NCBI GenBank assembly: GCA_022508445.1
Contig: JAFLVG010000007.1
Span: forward strand, 1,457-65,456
DNA: 64,000 nucleotides
Origin: Clostridiales bacterium
Lineage (GTDB): Bacteria; Bacillota; Clostridia; Christensenellales; Pumilibacteraceae
Direction of reading: 5' to 3'
Shown here piece by piece: positions 54,083-62,920 of the stretch. The notes beneath the pieces are model-generated. The model saw only the letters and a program-made list of their open reading frames with translations, did not search any database and was not told the origin of the DNA. The stretch's first letter is position 1, and each line of letters starts with the position of its first letter. Position numbers and translations under genes: made by a program.

Positions 54083-55729
54083 ATGCAAAAATCAATTAAC
54101 GGCGCCACTTTCAGAAAAATGATTCTCAACGGTGCCAAGCTCTTAGACGCCAATAAGGCGCACGTAAACGAACTGAACGTTTTCCCGGTTCCCGACGGTG
54201 ATACCGGTACAAATATGTCGATGACAATGCTTTCCGCCTCCCGTGAGGTGTCCGCTTGTTCAACCAACAATATGCCCGAACTGTGCGACGCAGTTGCAAA
54301 AGGCGCTCTCCGCGGCGCACGAGGCAATAGCGGAGTAATACTCAGTCAGATACTCAAAGGCATGACATCCGTACTTTCTCAAAGTACCGAGTTAACCGCC
54401 AAAACCTTCGCAAAAGCATTTGCGGCAGGAACGGAAATAGCTTATAAAGCAGTTACAAAACCCAAAGAAGGAACGATACTCACAGTTGTCCGCGCAATTT
54501 CCGAGTCTGCGGAAAAAGCGGCGAAAAAGAATATAGAGCTTAAAGACTTCTTCCAAGCAGTGATAGACGCCGGTGAAGAAATGCTCAAACAAACGCCCGA
54601 AATGCTTCCCGTGCTCAAAAAGGCGGGGGTTGTGGACGCAGGCGGCAGAGGTCTTTTGATTCTTCTCCAAGGCTTTTTAAACATTCTTTTGGGACAGGAA
54701 GAAGATTATTCGATTGAATTCGACGATTCGTATGTGGCAGGCAGTACCGACAGCCCGTACGACGAGCAAGCGCATTTCAATTACAACGACCTTGCGGAAA
54801 TCGAATTTGCGTATTGCACAGAGTTCTTCATCATAAATCTTTACAAAAAGACCACCGAAGCGGATATCGATTTGTTCAGAGAAAAGCTCATGAACATAGG
54901 CGATTGCGTGCTTGTTATAGGCGATCTTTCTATGGTCAAGGTGCACGTTCACTCGAACGCACCCGGTCAAGTGCTTTCTTACGCGCTTGAATTGGGCGAG
55001 CTCGATCACTTGAAAATCGAGAACATGCTCCAACAAAACCGCGAGCTTAAAAATAAACAGCAAGAGGAGCTTAAACCTTTCGGTTTGGTTTCTGTGTGTG
55101 CCGGCGACGGACTTACCGCTATTTTCAAGGACCTCTTGGTCGATAACGTCATCGAGGGCGGACAAACAATGAATCCTTCGGCCGAGGACATTGCAAAAGC
55201 ATGCGACTCGGTAGCGGCAAAGGATGTGTTTGTTTTCCCGAACAACAAGAATATCGTGCTTGCCGCAAATCAGGCGAAAGCGCTTTCCAAACGCACTATT
55301 CACGTCATTCCGACGTCAAACATACCGCAAGGATTGTCTGCCGTTCTCGCTTTCAATCCCGAGGATACGGTTGACGGCAACCTCAAAAATATGAATGATG
55401 CGCTCGGCGGAGTGCGTTCGGGCTCGGTTACTTACGCTGTGCGTAGCACTCAAATCGGCAATTTCGACCTCAAAGAAGGCGATATCATCGGAATGGACTC
55501 CAAGGATATCGTCGCAAAGGGCGACAACGTAGGTCAAGTTACCGAACAGCTCATCGACAAGATGATGGACGACGACGTGAGTTGCATTTCTTTGTATTTC
55601 GGCAACGATGTCAAAGAAGACGACGCTAACGCAATCGCCGCCGATCTTACCAAAAAATACCGCATGTGTGACGTTGATGTGCATTACGGCGGACAGCCGC
55701 TTTACTACTTTATAGTTTCTTTGGAATAA
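54083..55729 (+). CDS. DAK2-domain fusion protein YloV
   Basis: SD GGAGG. Dak2 N-terminal domain (VFPVPDGDTGTNM, RGNSGVILSQ) plus a DegV-like C-terminal domain. Confidence 0.87.
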   Translation: MQKSINGATFRKMILNGAKLLDANKAHVNELNVFPVPDGDTGTNMSMTMLSASREVSACSTNNMPELCDAVAKGALRGARGNSGVILSQILKGMTSVLSQSTELTAKTFAKAFAAGTEIAYKAVTKPKEGTILTVVRAISESAEKAAKKNIELKDFFQAVIDAGEEMLKQTPEMLPVLKKAGVVDAGGRGLLILLQGFLNILLGQEEDYSIEFDDSYVAGSTDSPYDEQAHFNYNDLAEIEFAYCTEFFIINLYKKTTEADIDLFREKLMNIGDCVLVIGDLSMVKVHVHSNAPGQVLSYALELGELDHLKIENMLQQNRELKNKQQEELKPFGLVSVCAGDGLTAIFKDLLVDNVIEGGQTMNPSAEDIAKACDSVAAKDVFVFPNNKNIVLAANQAKALSKRTIHVIPTSNIPQGLSAVLAFNPEDTVDGNLKNMNDALGGVRSGSVTYAVRSTQIGNFDLKEGDIIGMDSKDIVAKGDNVGQVTEQLIDKMMDDDVSCISLYFGNDVKEDDANAIAADLTKKYRMCDVDVHYGGQPLYYFIVSLE

Positions 55730-55737
55730 TAATCGTG

Positions 55738-55773
55738 CCGTGTCGATATCGAAAAGATGTCGGCACGGTTTTT
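55738..55773 (+). terminator. Intrinsic terminator/attenuator after yloV
   Basis: 12-bp stem CCGTGTCGATAT / ATGTCGGCACGG with two G-U pairs, loop CGAAAAG, then TTTTT. Confidence 0.7.
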
Positions 55774-55781
55774 ATAAGGTT

Positions 55782-57755
55782 TTGGAACTTTCTGAGATAA
55801 AAGGAATAGGTGCAAAGCGCTTGAAGGCGCTAAACGAGATGGGGATTATTACTCCGTCGGATTTGTTGTTGCGTTTTCCCGATAAGTACATAGTCGGCAC
55901 CACTCCGCTCCAAAAGGCCGTTCGTGACAGTGAAGAGATATCGTTCTTGGGCGAGGTGACTTCTCCCGCAAAGCGCGCGTATATACGTCGTGGCTTGAAT
56001 GTCGTCAATTGCACGGTAGTAAATAACGGCGTGTCGGTGCGCTGTTCGTGGTTTAATCAGCCGTTTGCGGCGCGAAATCTCCAAGTCGGCGATAAGGTTT
56101 ACGTAATCGGCAAGGTAAAAAGGTTTAAAAGCTCCGTTCAGCTTACCAATCCGACATTTATGGTGCCGCAAGACGGCGACGGCGATATTATTCCCATATA
56201 TAAAACTCCGATACCTTCGCGCACTTTTGCCGCGGCAGTCAAGATCGCGCTTGATAATGTTCAGGTTAACAGCTATATCCCGAGCGAGCTTGCGCAAAAA
56301 TTCGGGTTGTTGCCGCTGACCGACGCGCTCAAAATCGTTCATGCGCCCAAAAACATGCTCGAACTCAAAGCAGCAAAGAGGTCGGTCGCGATAGAAAATA
56401 TGTGCTACGTCATAACGTCTTACCGTCTGTTAAAGGACGACAGGCGCGATTTTTCATACATTGCCGACGACGGGGTTATCGAAGAATTTGTGCATGGCTT
56501 GCCGTTCGAGCTGACTCGCGATCAAATAGAGGCGGCGAGTGCGGTGATAAAAGCGCTACGCTCGGAAAAGCTTACAAACATGCTTGTTCAAGGTGAGGTC
56601 GGGTGCGGAAAGACGGTGATTGCACTGCTTGCGATGTACTTTGCGGCAAAAAGCGGATGTCAATCCGCTATCATGACGCCGACAGAGGTACTTGCGCGTC
56701 AGCATTATTTGACAATGATAAAGTTTTTGGAGCCGCTCGGCATAAGAACGCAACTACTTTGCGCGTCGATGAATGCAAGACAGCGCGAGGCGGCACTGTT
56801 TAATATAAAATACGGTTTGGCAAACTGCATTGTCGGTACGCAGTCGCTCATCGGCGAAGATACCGAATACAAGAATTTGCGCCTTGTTATTGTGGACGAG
56901 CAGCAGCGGTTCGGCGTAAACCAGCGCGCCAAGCTCGAAAGCAAGGGTAAAAAGACCGACATGATAGTAATGACGGCAACGCCTATTCCGAGGACTCTTG
57001 CGCTTTCGTTGTACGGTGAGCTTCAACAACTTGAAATACGCGCTATGCCGTCCGGCCGTCCGATAATACATACTTCTATTGTTCCTGCGGTAAAAATAGC
57101 CGGAATGTACGACTATATCGCAAAAAAAGCGGCACAAGACGAGCGCACATATATCATTTGCCCGAGAATCGACGGCGGCGATGACGAGCTGACAGGCGTT
57201 GAGAACGTATATAATAAACTGAAAAAATCGGCTTTGGCGCAGTATGTCGGTTGTATTCACGGAAAAATGAAGGATATCGAAAAAAACGAGATCATGGCGG
57301 CATTTAAATCCGGACAAATCAAGGTTTTGGTTTCGACTACGGTAGTCGAAGTGGGAATAGACGTTCCGGAAGCTACGACCGTCGTAATATACGACGCCGA
57401 AAGGTTCGGTCTTTCGCAACTTCACCAGATTAGAGGAAGAGTTGGGCGCGGCACAAAAGAATCGTATTGCTTTTTGATAAGCGAAAACGGAACCCCGGAG
57501 AGCGACAACAGACTAAAAGAATTTTGCAAGATGACAGACGGTTTTGCCGTATCCGAGCTTGATTTCAAACTTCGCGGAGCAGGAGATTTTGTGGGATTGC
57601 GTCAGCACGGCAACGGCTCTTTGGAAATAGATGCGGAAATTATAGAACGTTCGCGCATGTTATCCGACGAGCTTGTAGCCGACGGCCGCTCTTCTGATTT
57701 AATAGTAAATTCTATGAAAAGTCCCGAATTTATCCGCTCGGTAACGATGAATTGA
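55782..57755 (+). CDS. recG: ATP-dependent DNA helicase RecG (start uncertain: TTG 55782 preferred over GTG 55740)
   Basis: Wedge/OB domain. Helicase motifs GEVGCGKT, VDEQQRFG, MTATPIPRT, QLHQIRGRVGRG. GTG 55740 lies inside the yloV terminator stem. Confidence 0.92.
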   Translation: MELSEIKGIGAKRLKALNEMGIITPSDLLLRFPDKYIVGTTPLQKAVRDSEEISFLGEVTSPAKRAYIRRGLNVVNCTVVNNGVSVRCSWFNQPFAARNLQVGDKVYVIGKVKRFKSSVQLTNPTFMVPQDGDGDIIPIYKTPIPSRTFAAAVKIALDNVQVNSYIPSELAQKFGLLPLTDALKIVHAPKNMLELKAAKRSVAIENMCYVITSYRLLKDDRRDFSYIADDGVIEEFVHGLPFELTRDQIEAASAVIKALRSEKLTNMLVQGEVGCGKTVIALLAMYFAAKSGCQSAIMTPTEVLARQHYLTMIKFLEPLGIRTQLLCASMNARQREAALFNIKYGLANCIVGTQSLIGEDTEYKNLRLVIVDEQQRFGVNQRAKLESKGKKTDMIVMTATPIPRTLALSLYGELQQLEIRAMPSGRPIIHTSIVPAVKIAGMYDYIAKKAAQDERTYIICPRIDGGDDELTGVENVYNKLKKSALAQYVGCIHGKMKDIEKNEIMAAFKSGQIKVLVSTTVVEVGIDVPEATTVVIYDAERFGLSQLHQIRGRVGRGTKESYCFLISENGTPESDNRLKEFCKMTDGFAVSELDFKLRGAGDFVGLRQHGNGSLEIDAEIIERSRMLSDELVADGRSSDLIVNSMKSPEFIRSVTMN

Positions 57756-57756
57756 T

Positions 57757-59295
57757 ATGCAATTTCCCATAAATTTCAGAGCATTTATAATTGTCGCGTT
57801 ATCGGTAGTGCTGTCTGTTTTCAGCGCTTATGCTTACATGTTTAACCGTTCGCTCGGCATTGTTTTCGGTTGCTTGATTATTGCTTTTCTTGCCGCTTTG
57901 ACGGTAATTTCTATATTAAAATATAAGTATAAAGGCATTCGGTTTCGCTTTTGTGTGACTTTTTCGTTGTCACTCATATTGGGTGCATGCGCATTCGGCG
58001 GAGCAATATCGTCATACGAAAATTGGCACGGCGAATTTGAATCGGACGTATATTGTGCGGTATCCGGAAGAGTGTGTGCAGTTGATATAAGATCGGGTAA
58101 TTACAGGCTGAATCTCGAAGAACTCACAATAAACGGCAAGCCTGCGGATGGAATTATGCGAGTAAGTATATCCGCGTCCGATCAAAATACAGCCGAACTC
58201 ATCGAATGCGGTGATAGATTGCACTTCGGCGTAACCGTAAAAGCGGTAAAACTGTTTGAGGAAGGCAAGGTGAACGGTCAGGCATACAGAACGAACATCC
58301 GCTATACCGCTACCGTTCATGCCGAAAGTTTGATTATTGATTTTGGCAAGCCGACAGCGCTCGAATCGTTTAACGCGTCATTGCATAAGCTGTATATCGA
58401 AAACATGGGTGATAAATACGGCAATATCGCGTTTTCGATGATAACGGGGGATAAGCATGCGCTGGACAGCGATATCACAGACTATTTCAATGCCGCAGGA
58501 CTCGGACACATAATGGCTGTTTCGGGTTTGCATATAGGATTTTTGGTGCTTGTTCTCAATTTTATATTGATGAAGGTGCGTAAAAGTGTTCGTTTTCCCA
58601 TAATTGCAATGATATTGTTGGGATATACGGTGCTTGCCGATTTTTCGCCGTCTGTGATACGTGCTGTTGTGATGACGGTGATTTCGGGCATTGGTGTGCT
58701 TATCGGCGGCAGACGCGACTTGCTTTCATCGCTTTTGTGCGCATTTTCTCTTATCTTGGCGGTAAAACCTCTGTATCTTTTCGAAGCGGGATTTTTGTTG
58801 AGCTTCGGCGCTATATTCGGCATTGCTATGTTTTCCGTCAGTATAACGCGCATGCTTGTTAAGGCTAAAACGAATAGAAAAGTCGCAAATTCAATCGGCG
58901 CGTCGGTTTCGGTATCGGCAGGAATATTGCCGGCACAGATATACTTTTTCGGCAAAATCTCTCTGTTTGCCATAATAGTAAACAGTGTGCTTTTGCCGTA
59001 CATTTCTGTTGTTTTCATTTCGATTGTGTGCTTGACTCCGTTTGCCGCTATTCCGCATTGCGGTGTCATTTTGTCGCTGTGTAAATATCTCATGATGCCG
59101 CTCGATTATATTGCTTACGGTATAGCAAGCGTTCCGCATTCGCTTGTTTCATTAAAGCAGTCGGCAGTGGCGTTCTTGTGTTTTCCGATAATGTTTTGCG
59201 CGAGCGATTTCTTCATGATGCGAAAAGGAAAAACCGCCGTAGTTCTGTATTCTGCGGCGGTTTGTGTGCTGTTTTGCTTTATCGGTGCGGTGTAA
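57757..59295 (+). CDS. comEC: ComEC/Rec2-family membrane protein (DUF4131 + competence domain, no metallo-beta-lactamase domain)
   Basis: ITGDKHALDSDITDYFNAAGLGHIMAVSGLHIGFL. Polytopic. 512 aa. Confidence 0.8.
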   Translation: MQFPINFRAFIIVALSVVLSVFSAYAYMFNRSLGIVFGCLIIAFLAALTVISILKYKYKGIRFRFCVTFSLSLILGACAFGGAISSYENWHGEFESDVYCAVSGRVCAVDIRSGNYRLNLEELTINGKPADGIMRVSISASDQNTAELIECGDRLHFGVTVKAVKLFEEGKVNGQAYRTNIRYTATVHAESLIIDFGKPTALESFNASLHKLYIENMGDKYGNIAFSMITGDKHALDSDITDYFNAAGLGHIMAVSGLHIGFLVLVLNFILMKVRKSVRFPIIAMILLGYTVLADFSPSVIRAVVMTVISGIGVLIGGRRDLLSSLLCAFSLILAVKPLYLFEAGFLLSFGAIFGIAMFSVSITRMLVKAKTNRKVANSIGASVSVSAGILPAQIYFFGKISLFAIIVNSVLLPYISVVFISIVCLTPFAAIPHCGVILSLCKYLMMPLDYIAYGIASVPHSLVSLKQSAVAFLCFPIMFCASDFFMMRKGKTAVVLYSAAVCVLFCFIGAV

Positions 59296-59316
59296 TTTAT
59301 ATACCGCTTTATTTTT
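59287..59316 (+). terminator. Weak intrinsic terminator at the comEC 3' end
   Basis: Stem GCGGT / ACCGC, 11-nt loop, then TTTATTTTT. Overlaps the stops of both convergent genes. Confidence 0.35.
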
Positions 59317-59953
59317 CGTAAAGAACAGCGTAATTCCTCGAAAGTATAATAGTATGGCAGTTGTCGTAAATCAATATCTTTCCTTGCGGCAGTAATTCGC
59401 CATACATGCTGTCTGCTACGTAGACGTTATGCGCGGTTTGTTCGGTTGGCTCGTCGTAGAACATCATTATTTCGTTGCGGCGGTTGTACCAATGACCGTA
59501 ATGCTCGGCCGCAACTCCGTTTGTCACTACATTGAGCTTAAAAGTGTTGTCCTCGTTGAGGAGAAGGGTGTAATCTATTGTTTCGTCGCGTTCAACACCG
59601 TAGGGGGCGTGAATATACTCTACGGTGTAAGTTCCGGTATGATCCTGATTAAACCGCCTGCGTACTCCCGAAATGGGCGCTCTGCGAGTGCTACCTAACA
59701 AAAAACCTCTTAAAAAATCGTTATCGATTTTAACCTCGAAGTCTTTATCGAATCTGACTAGAAAGTCTTTGTCTAGTTCTTCTTGGTTGTCTTGATTTAC
59801 GTCGTCTTGCTGATTATCGTCAATGCGTTCTTGCAGTATTTTCGACCGCGCTTGAAGGAGAGCGGAGCTGTTTTTAGTGGTCGATTTTCCGCACCCGCAG
59901 AGCATTGTCGCGGACATTACGCAAGCTGTTAATGCCAATATTGCTTTTTTCAT
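59309..59953 (-). CDS. Hypothetical lipoprotein
   Basis: ATG 59953 follows GAGGTGA. Signal peptide with lipobox MLCGC. Acidic Asp/Gln-rich linker followed by a roughly 120-aa beta-rich domain. No recognisable family. Confidence 0.6.
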   Translation of the reverse strand: MKKAILALTACVMSATMLCGCGKSTTKNSSALLQARSKILQERIDDNQQDDVNQDNQEELDKDFLVRFDKDFEVKIDNDFLRGFLLGSTRRAPISGVRRRFNQDHTGTYTVEYIHAPYGVERDETIDYTLLLNEDNTFKLNVVTNGVAAEHYGHWYNRRNEIMMFYDEPTEQTAHNVYVADSMYGELLPQGKILIYDNCHTIILSRNYAVLYEK

Positions 59954-60044
59954 GACAGTCACCTCGAAAATGAAAGTAATAGTAGTTTCAAGCAAGCAAG
60001 CACATATTATTCACGAAAAAAATTTTAAAAACGCATAAAAATGA

Positions 60045-60073
60045 TTGACAATAGAGCGTGAGTAGCTTATAAT
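60045..60073 (+). promoter_or_regulatory. Consensus sigma-A promoter for infC-rpmI-rplT
   Basis: TTGACA, 17-nt spacer, then TATAAT. Both hexamers are perfect. Confidence 0.8.
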
Positions 60074-60079
60074 ATTATC

Positions 60080-60188
60080 GTTAAGCAGATTTAATCTCAC
60101 CGTTCGGGCATGCTTGGAACGGTCAATAATCCGAATACATCGGTTTTTTGTGTGAGTTAAATTTGTTTAGCTCGCAATTTTTTTATTT
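60080..60188 (+). ncRNA. infC 5' leader with L20-leader-like attenuator architecture
   Basis: Structures seen: hairpin CCGTTC...GAACGG (60100-60122); long-range pairing TTAATCTCA (60091-99) with TGAGTTAA (60153-60); a competing hairpin GAGTTAAA/TTTAGCTC (60154-73) followed by a T-run. Firmicute infC operons are known to carry an L20-responsive leader. Confidence 0.5.
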
Positions 60189-60203
60189 AGGAGGATGCTT
60201 ACT

Positions 60204-60722
60204 ATTTTTAAAGAGCTTGTAATCAACGCCGGAATTTCGGATAATCTCGAAGTCAGAGTCAAGGATGAGACGGGCGCTATGCTCGGTATCATGCGCGCAA
60301 GCGAGGCAAAGATCATTGCCGATGATCGCAGACTCGATCTCGTTATGATCACACCGAACGCGCAGCCGCCTGTATGCCAGATAATGGATTACGGCAAGTA
60401 CCGCTTCGATTCGGCAAAGAAGGCGAAGGACGCGCTGAAAAACCAAAAGAAGGCGGAGCTTAAAGAGATTCGTTTGTCTATAACCATCGATACGGGCGAC
60501 CTTAATACAAAATCCAAGCAAGCAAGAAAATTCCTAACGGACGGCGACAAAGTGAAGGTATCCATCCGTATGCGCGGTCGGCAGATGGCGCGTCCGCAAA
60601 TGGGTGTGGATATAATGTATTCATTTTACGAGACCGTCAAAGACATTGCGACAATAGACCGCAAGCCTGCGGTAGACGGCAGAAGCATCATTATGAATCT
60701 TGTGCCTACAACAAGTAAATAA
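60204..60722 (+). CDS. infC: Translation initiation factor IF-3, predicted ATT start
   Basis: AGGAGG at 60189-60194. In-frame ATT at 60204 (9-nt spacing). ATG 60195 abuts the [16 protein letters not shown] and [13 protein letters not shown]. Confidence 0.9.
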   Translation: MFKELVINAGISDNLEVRVKDETGAMLGIMRASEAKIIADDRRLDLVMITPNAQPPVCQIMDYGKYRFDSAKKAKDALKNQKKAELKEIRLSITIDTGDLNTKSKQARKFLTDGDKVKVSIRMRGRQMARPQMGVDIMYSFYETVKDIATIDRKPAVDGRSIIMNLVPTTSK

Positions 60723-60744
60723 TCTTTTTTCGGAGGAACATATT

Positions 60745-60942
60745 ATGCCTAAAATGAAGAGCCACAGCGGCGCGAAAAAGCGTTTCCGCGTTACCGCGAA
60801 CGGCAGAGTAAAACGTGCGCAACAAGGTAAGAATCACATTCTCAACAAAAAGCCGAGAAAGCGCATCATGAGATTGCGTCAAGGCGCATACCTCAAATCG
60901 ACAAAGCAAGAAAAAACAATTCGCAACATGGCGCAGAAGTAG
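60745..60942 (+). CDS. rpmI: 50S ribosomal protein L35
   Basis: [22 protein letters not shown]. Confidence 0.96.
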   Translation: MPKMKSHSGAKKRFRVTANGRVKRAQQGKNHILNKKPRKRIMRLRQGAYLKSTKQEKTIRNMAQK

Positions 60943-60951
60943 GAGGTTATT

Positions 60952-61308
60952 ATGAGAATTAAAAGAGCAGTAAACGCAGTTAAAAAGCGCAGGAAGATTT
61001 TCAAACTTTCCAAAGGTTATTTCGGATCGAAATCGCGTTCTTACCGCATTGCACGCCAAGCGGTTATGAAGTCGCAGATGTATGCGTATATCGGCAGACG
61101 CCTTAAAAAGCGCGATTTCCGTTCGCTTTGGATCACGCGTATCAATGCGGCGGCGCGCATCAACGGGCTTTCGTATTCAAAGTTCATGCACGGGCTTAAA
61201 GCCAGCGGCATCAACCTCAACCGCAAAGTTCTTGCGGAAATGGCGGTCAACGACGCAGAAGCGTTCAAGGCACTTGCGCAAACCGCAGCTAAGGCAGTCG
61301 GCAAATAA
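60952..61308 (+). CDS. rplT: 50S ribosomal protein L20
   Basis: [25 protein letters not shown] ... [11 protein letters not shown]. Confidence 0.97.
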   Translation: MRIKRAVNAVKKRRKIFKLSKGYFGSKSRSYRIARQAVMKSQMYAYIGRRLKKRDFRSLWITRINAAARINGLSYSKFMHGLKASGINLNRKVLAEMAVNDAEAFKALAQTAAKAVGK

Positions 61309-61313
61309 TTTTC

Positions 61314-61343
61314 AAGGAGCGCAAGGTCACGCGCTCCTTTTTC
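61314..61343 (+). terminator. Intrinsic terminator after rplT
   Basis: Stem AAGGAGCGC / GCGCTCCTT, loop AAGGTCAC, then TTTTC. Confidence 0.85.
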
Positions 61344-61362
61344 TTATATTTCAGAGGCACAA

Positions 61363-62103
61363 ATGGAAATCATTACTTCGCTCGACAACAAGACGGTTAA
61401 GCACATAAACAAGCTGAAACAAAAAAAATACCGTGACGAGTGCGGAGAATTTTTTGTCGAAGGGTTCAAAAATGTGCTTGATACATGTGCTGCGCGTCCG
61501 GGTTCGGTGCGCTTTGTTGTGTTGAGCGCGTCGGCTTATGAAAGGAAGGGCGAGCAATTTACCGAATTTGAAACCGTTGTTCTTGCCAATAACGTGTTTG
61601 CAAAGTTATCCGAAACGGATAGCGATCAAGGAATCATGTCTGTAAACGCAATCCCGAAATCGGTTTTTCCGTCGAGCGAACACTGTATTTTACTCGACCG
61701 CGTGCGCGATCCGGGTAATGTCGGGACAATACTTCGCACGGCGGTGGCGTGTGGATACGACGTAATTTTAAACAATTGCGCCGATGTGTACTCGCCAAAG
61801 GTAGTGCGGAGCGCAATGTCGGCGATTGTCAAATGCAATATCGGGTTGGATATTCCGCCGCATGAATTGAAGGCTTCGGGCTATGAGCTTATCGTCGCGG
61901 ATATGGCAGGGCAAAACGTGTTCGGTGCGGAGCATTGCGACAAGTACTGTGTTGTTGTGGGAAACGAAGCTGAGGGCGTAAGCACGGAAATATCTTCGAT
62001 TGCGGATAGGCTTCTTGCGTTGCCGCAAAAAAATATTGAATCGCTGAATGCGGCGGTCGCGGCCGGCGTAATGATGTTCGCGCTGCTGTATGCCGCAAAG
62101 TAG
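61363..62103 (+). CDS. TrmH/SpoU-family RNA 2'-O-methyltransferase
   Basis: DRVRDPGNVGTILRTA, VVGNEAEGVS, ESLNAAVAAGVMMF. Confidence 0.87.
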   Translation: MEIITSLDNKTVKHINKLKQKKYRDECGEFFVEGFKNVLDTCAARPGSVRFVVLSASAYERKGEQFTEFETVVLANNVFAKLSETDSDQGIMSVNAIPKSVFPSSEHCILLDRVRDPGNVGTILRTAVACGYDVILNNCADVYSPKVVRSAMSAIVKCNIGLDIPPHELKASGYELIVADMAGQNVFGAEHCDKYCVVVGNEAEGVSTEISSIADRLLALPQKNIESLNAAVAAGVMMFALLYAAK

Positions 62104-62114
62104 TCGCATAATAA

Positions 62115-62144
62115 TTGACATGTGATTAACTTTAATGATATAAT
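62115..62144 (+). promoter_or_regulatory. Sigma-A-type promoter for yebC-lysA
   Basis: TTGACA, 18-nt spacer with TGa, then TATAAT. Confidence 0.65.
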
Positions 62145-62173
62145 AAGAGCAAATAAAACATTCGGAGAATTTT

Positions 62174-62920
62174 ATGTCGGGACATAGCAAATGGGCAACG
62201 ATTAAACGTCAAAAGGGTAAAACCGATGCGGCACGCGCCAACGTGTTCACAAAAATAGGCAGAGAGCTTGCGGTGGCCGTCAAAAGTGGCGGTCCCGATC
62301 CCAATAACAATCCGCGTTTGCGCGACGTTATTGCAAAAGCTCGCGCGGCAAATATGCCAAATGATAATATTACGCGCTCGATTAAGAAAGCGAGCGGTGA
62401 GGAAAGCAACGTAGTTTACGATGCAATGACTTACGAAGGATACGGCACGGGCGGCGTAGCCGTTATTGTAGAAACGCTCACCGACAACAAAAATCGTACT
62501 GCGGCGGCGGTTAGGCATATTTTCGATAAGTGCGGCGGCTCGCTAGGCACTACTAATTGCGTATCGTACATGTTCGAGTCTGAGGGCGTTGTAACTATTG
62601 AGAAAAAACCGACCGACGACGATGAAGAAATCATGATGCTCGCGCTTGAAATGGGTGCAGACGATTTCGACAGTTCGGAAACCGAATACTATATTATCAC
62701 TGCGCCGAGTGCGCTTGCGGCGGTTCGCGACGGGCTTGAAAAGGCAGGCAGAGTGATACTGTCATCCGAAGTTCGCCAAGTCCCTGCGTCAACCGTTGAC
62801 GTCGACAGCGAAGCGGAAGCCAAAATACGCCGTATGCTCGATATGTTCGACGAGGACGACGACGTTCAAAACGTCTACCACAATGCTAACCTTCCGGACG
62901 ACGGCGATGAAGAAGAATAG
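62174..62920 (+). CDS. yebC: YebC/PmpR-family transcriptional regulator
   Basis: MSGHSKWATIKRQKG and YEGYGTGGVAVIVE. Confidence 0.94.
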   Translation: MSGHSKWATIKRQKGKTDAARANVFTKIGRELAVAVKSGGPDPNNNPRLRDVIAKARAANMPNDNITRSIKKASGEESNVVYDAMTYEGYGTGGVAVIVETLTDNKNRTAAAVRHIFDKCGGSLGTTNCVSYMFESEGVVTIEKKPTDDDEEIMMLALEMGADDFDSSETEYYIITAPSALAAVRDGLEKAGRVILSSEVRQVPASTVDVDSEAEAKIRRMLDMFDEDDDVQNVYHNANLPDDGDEEE

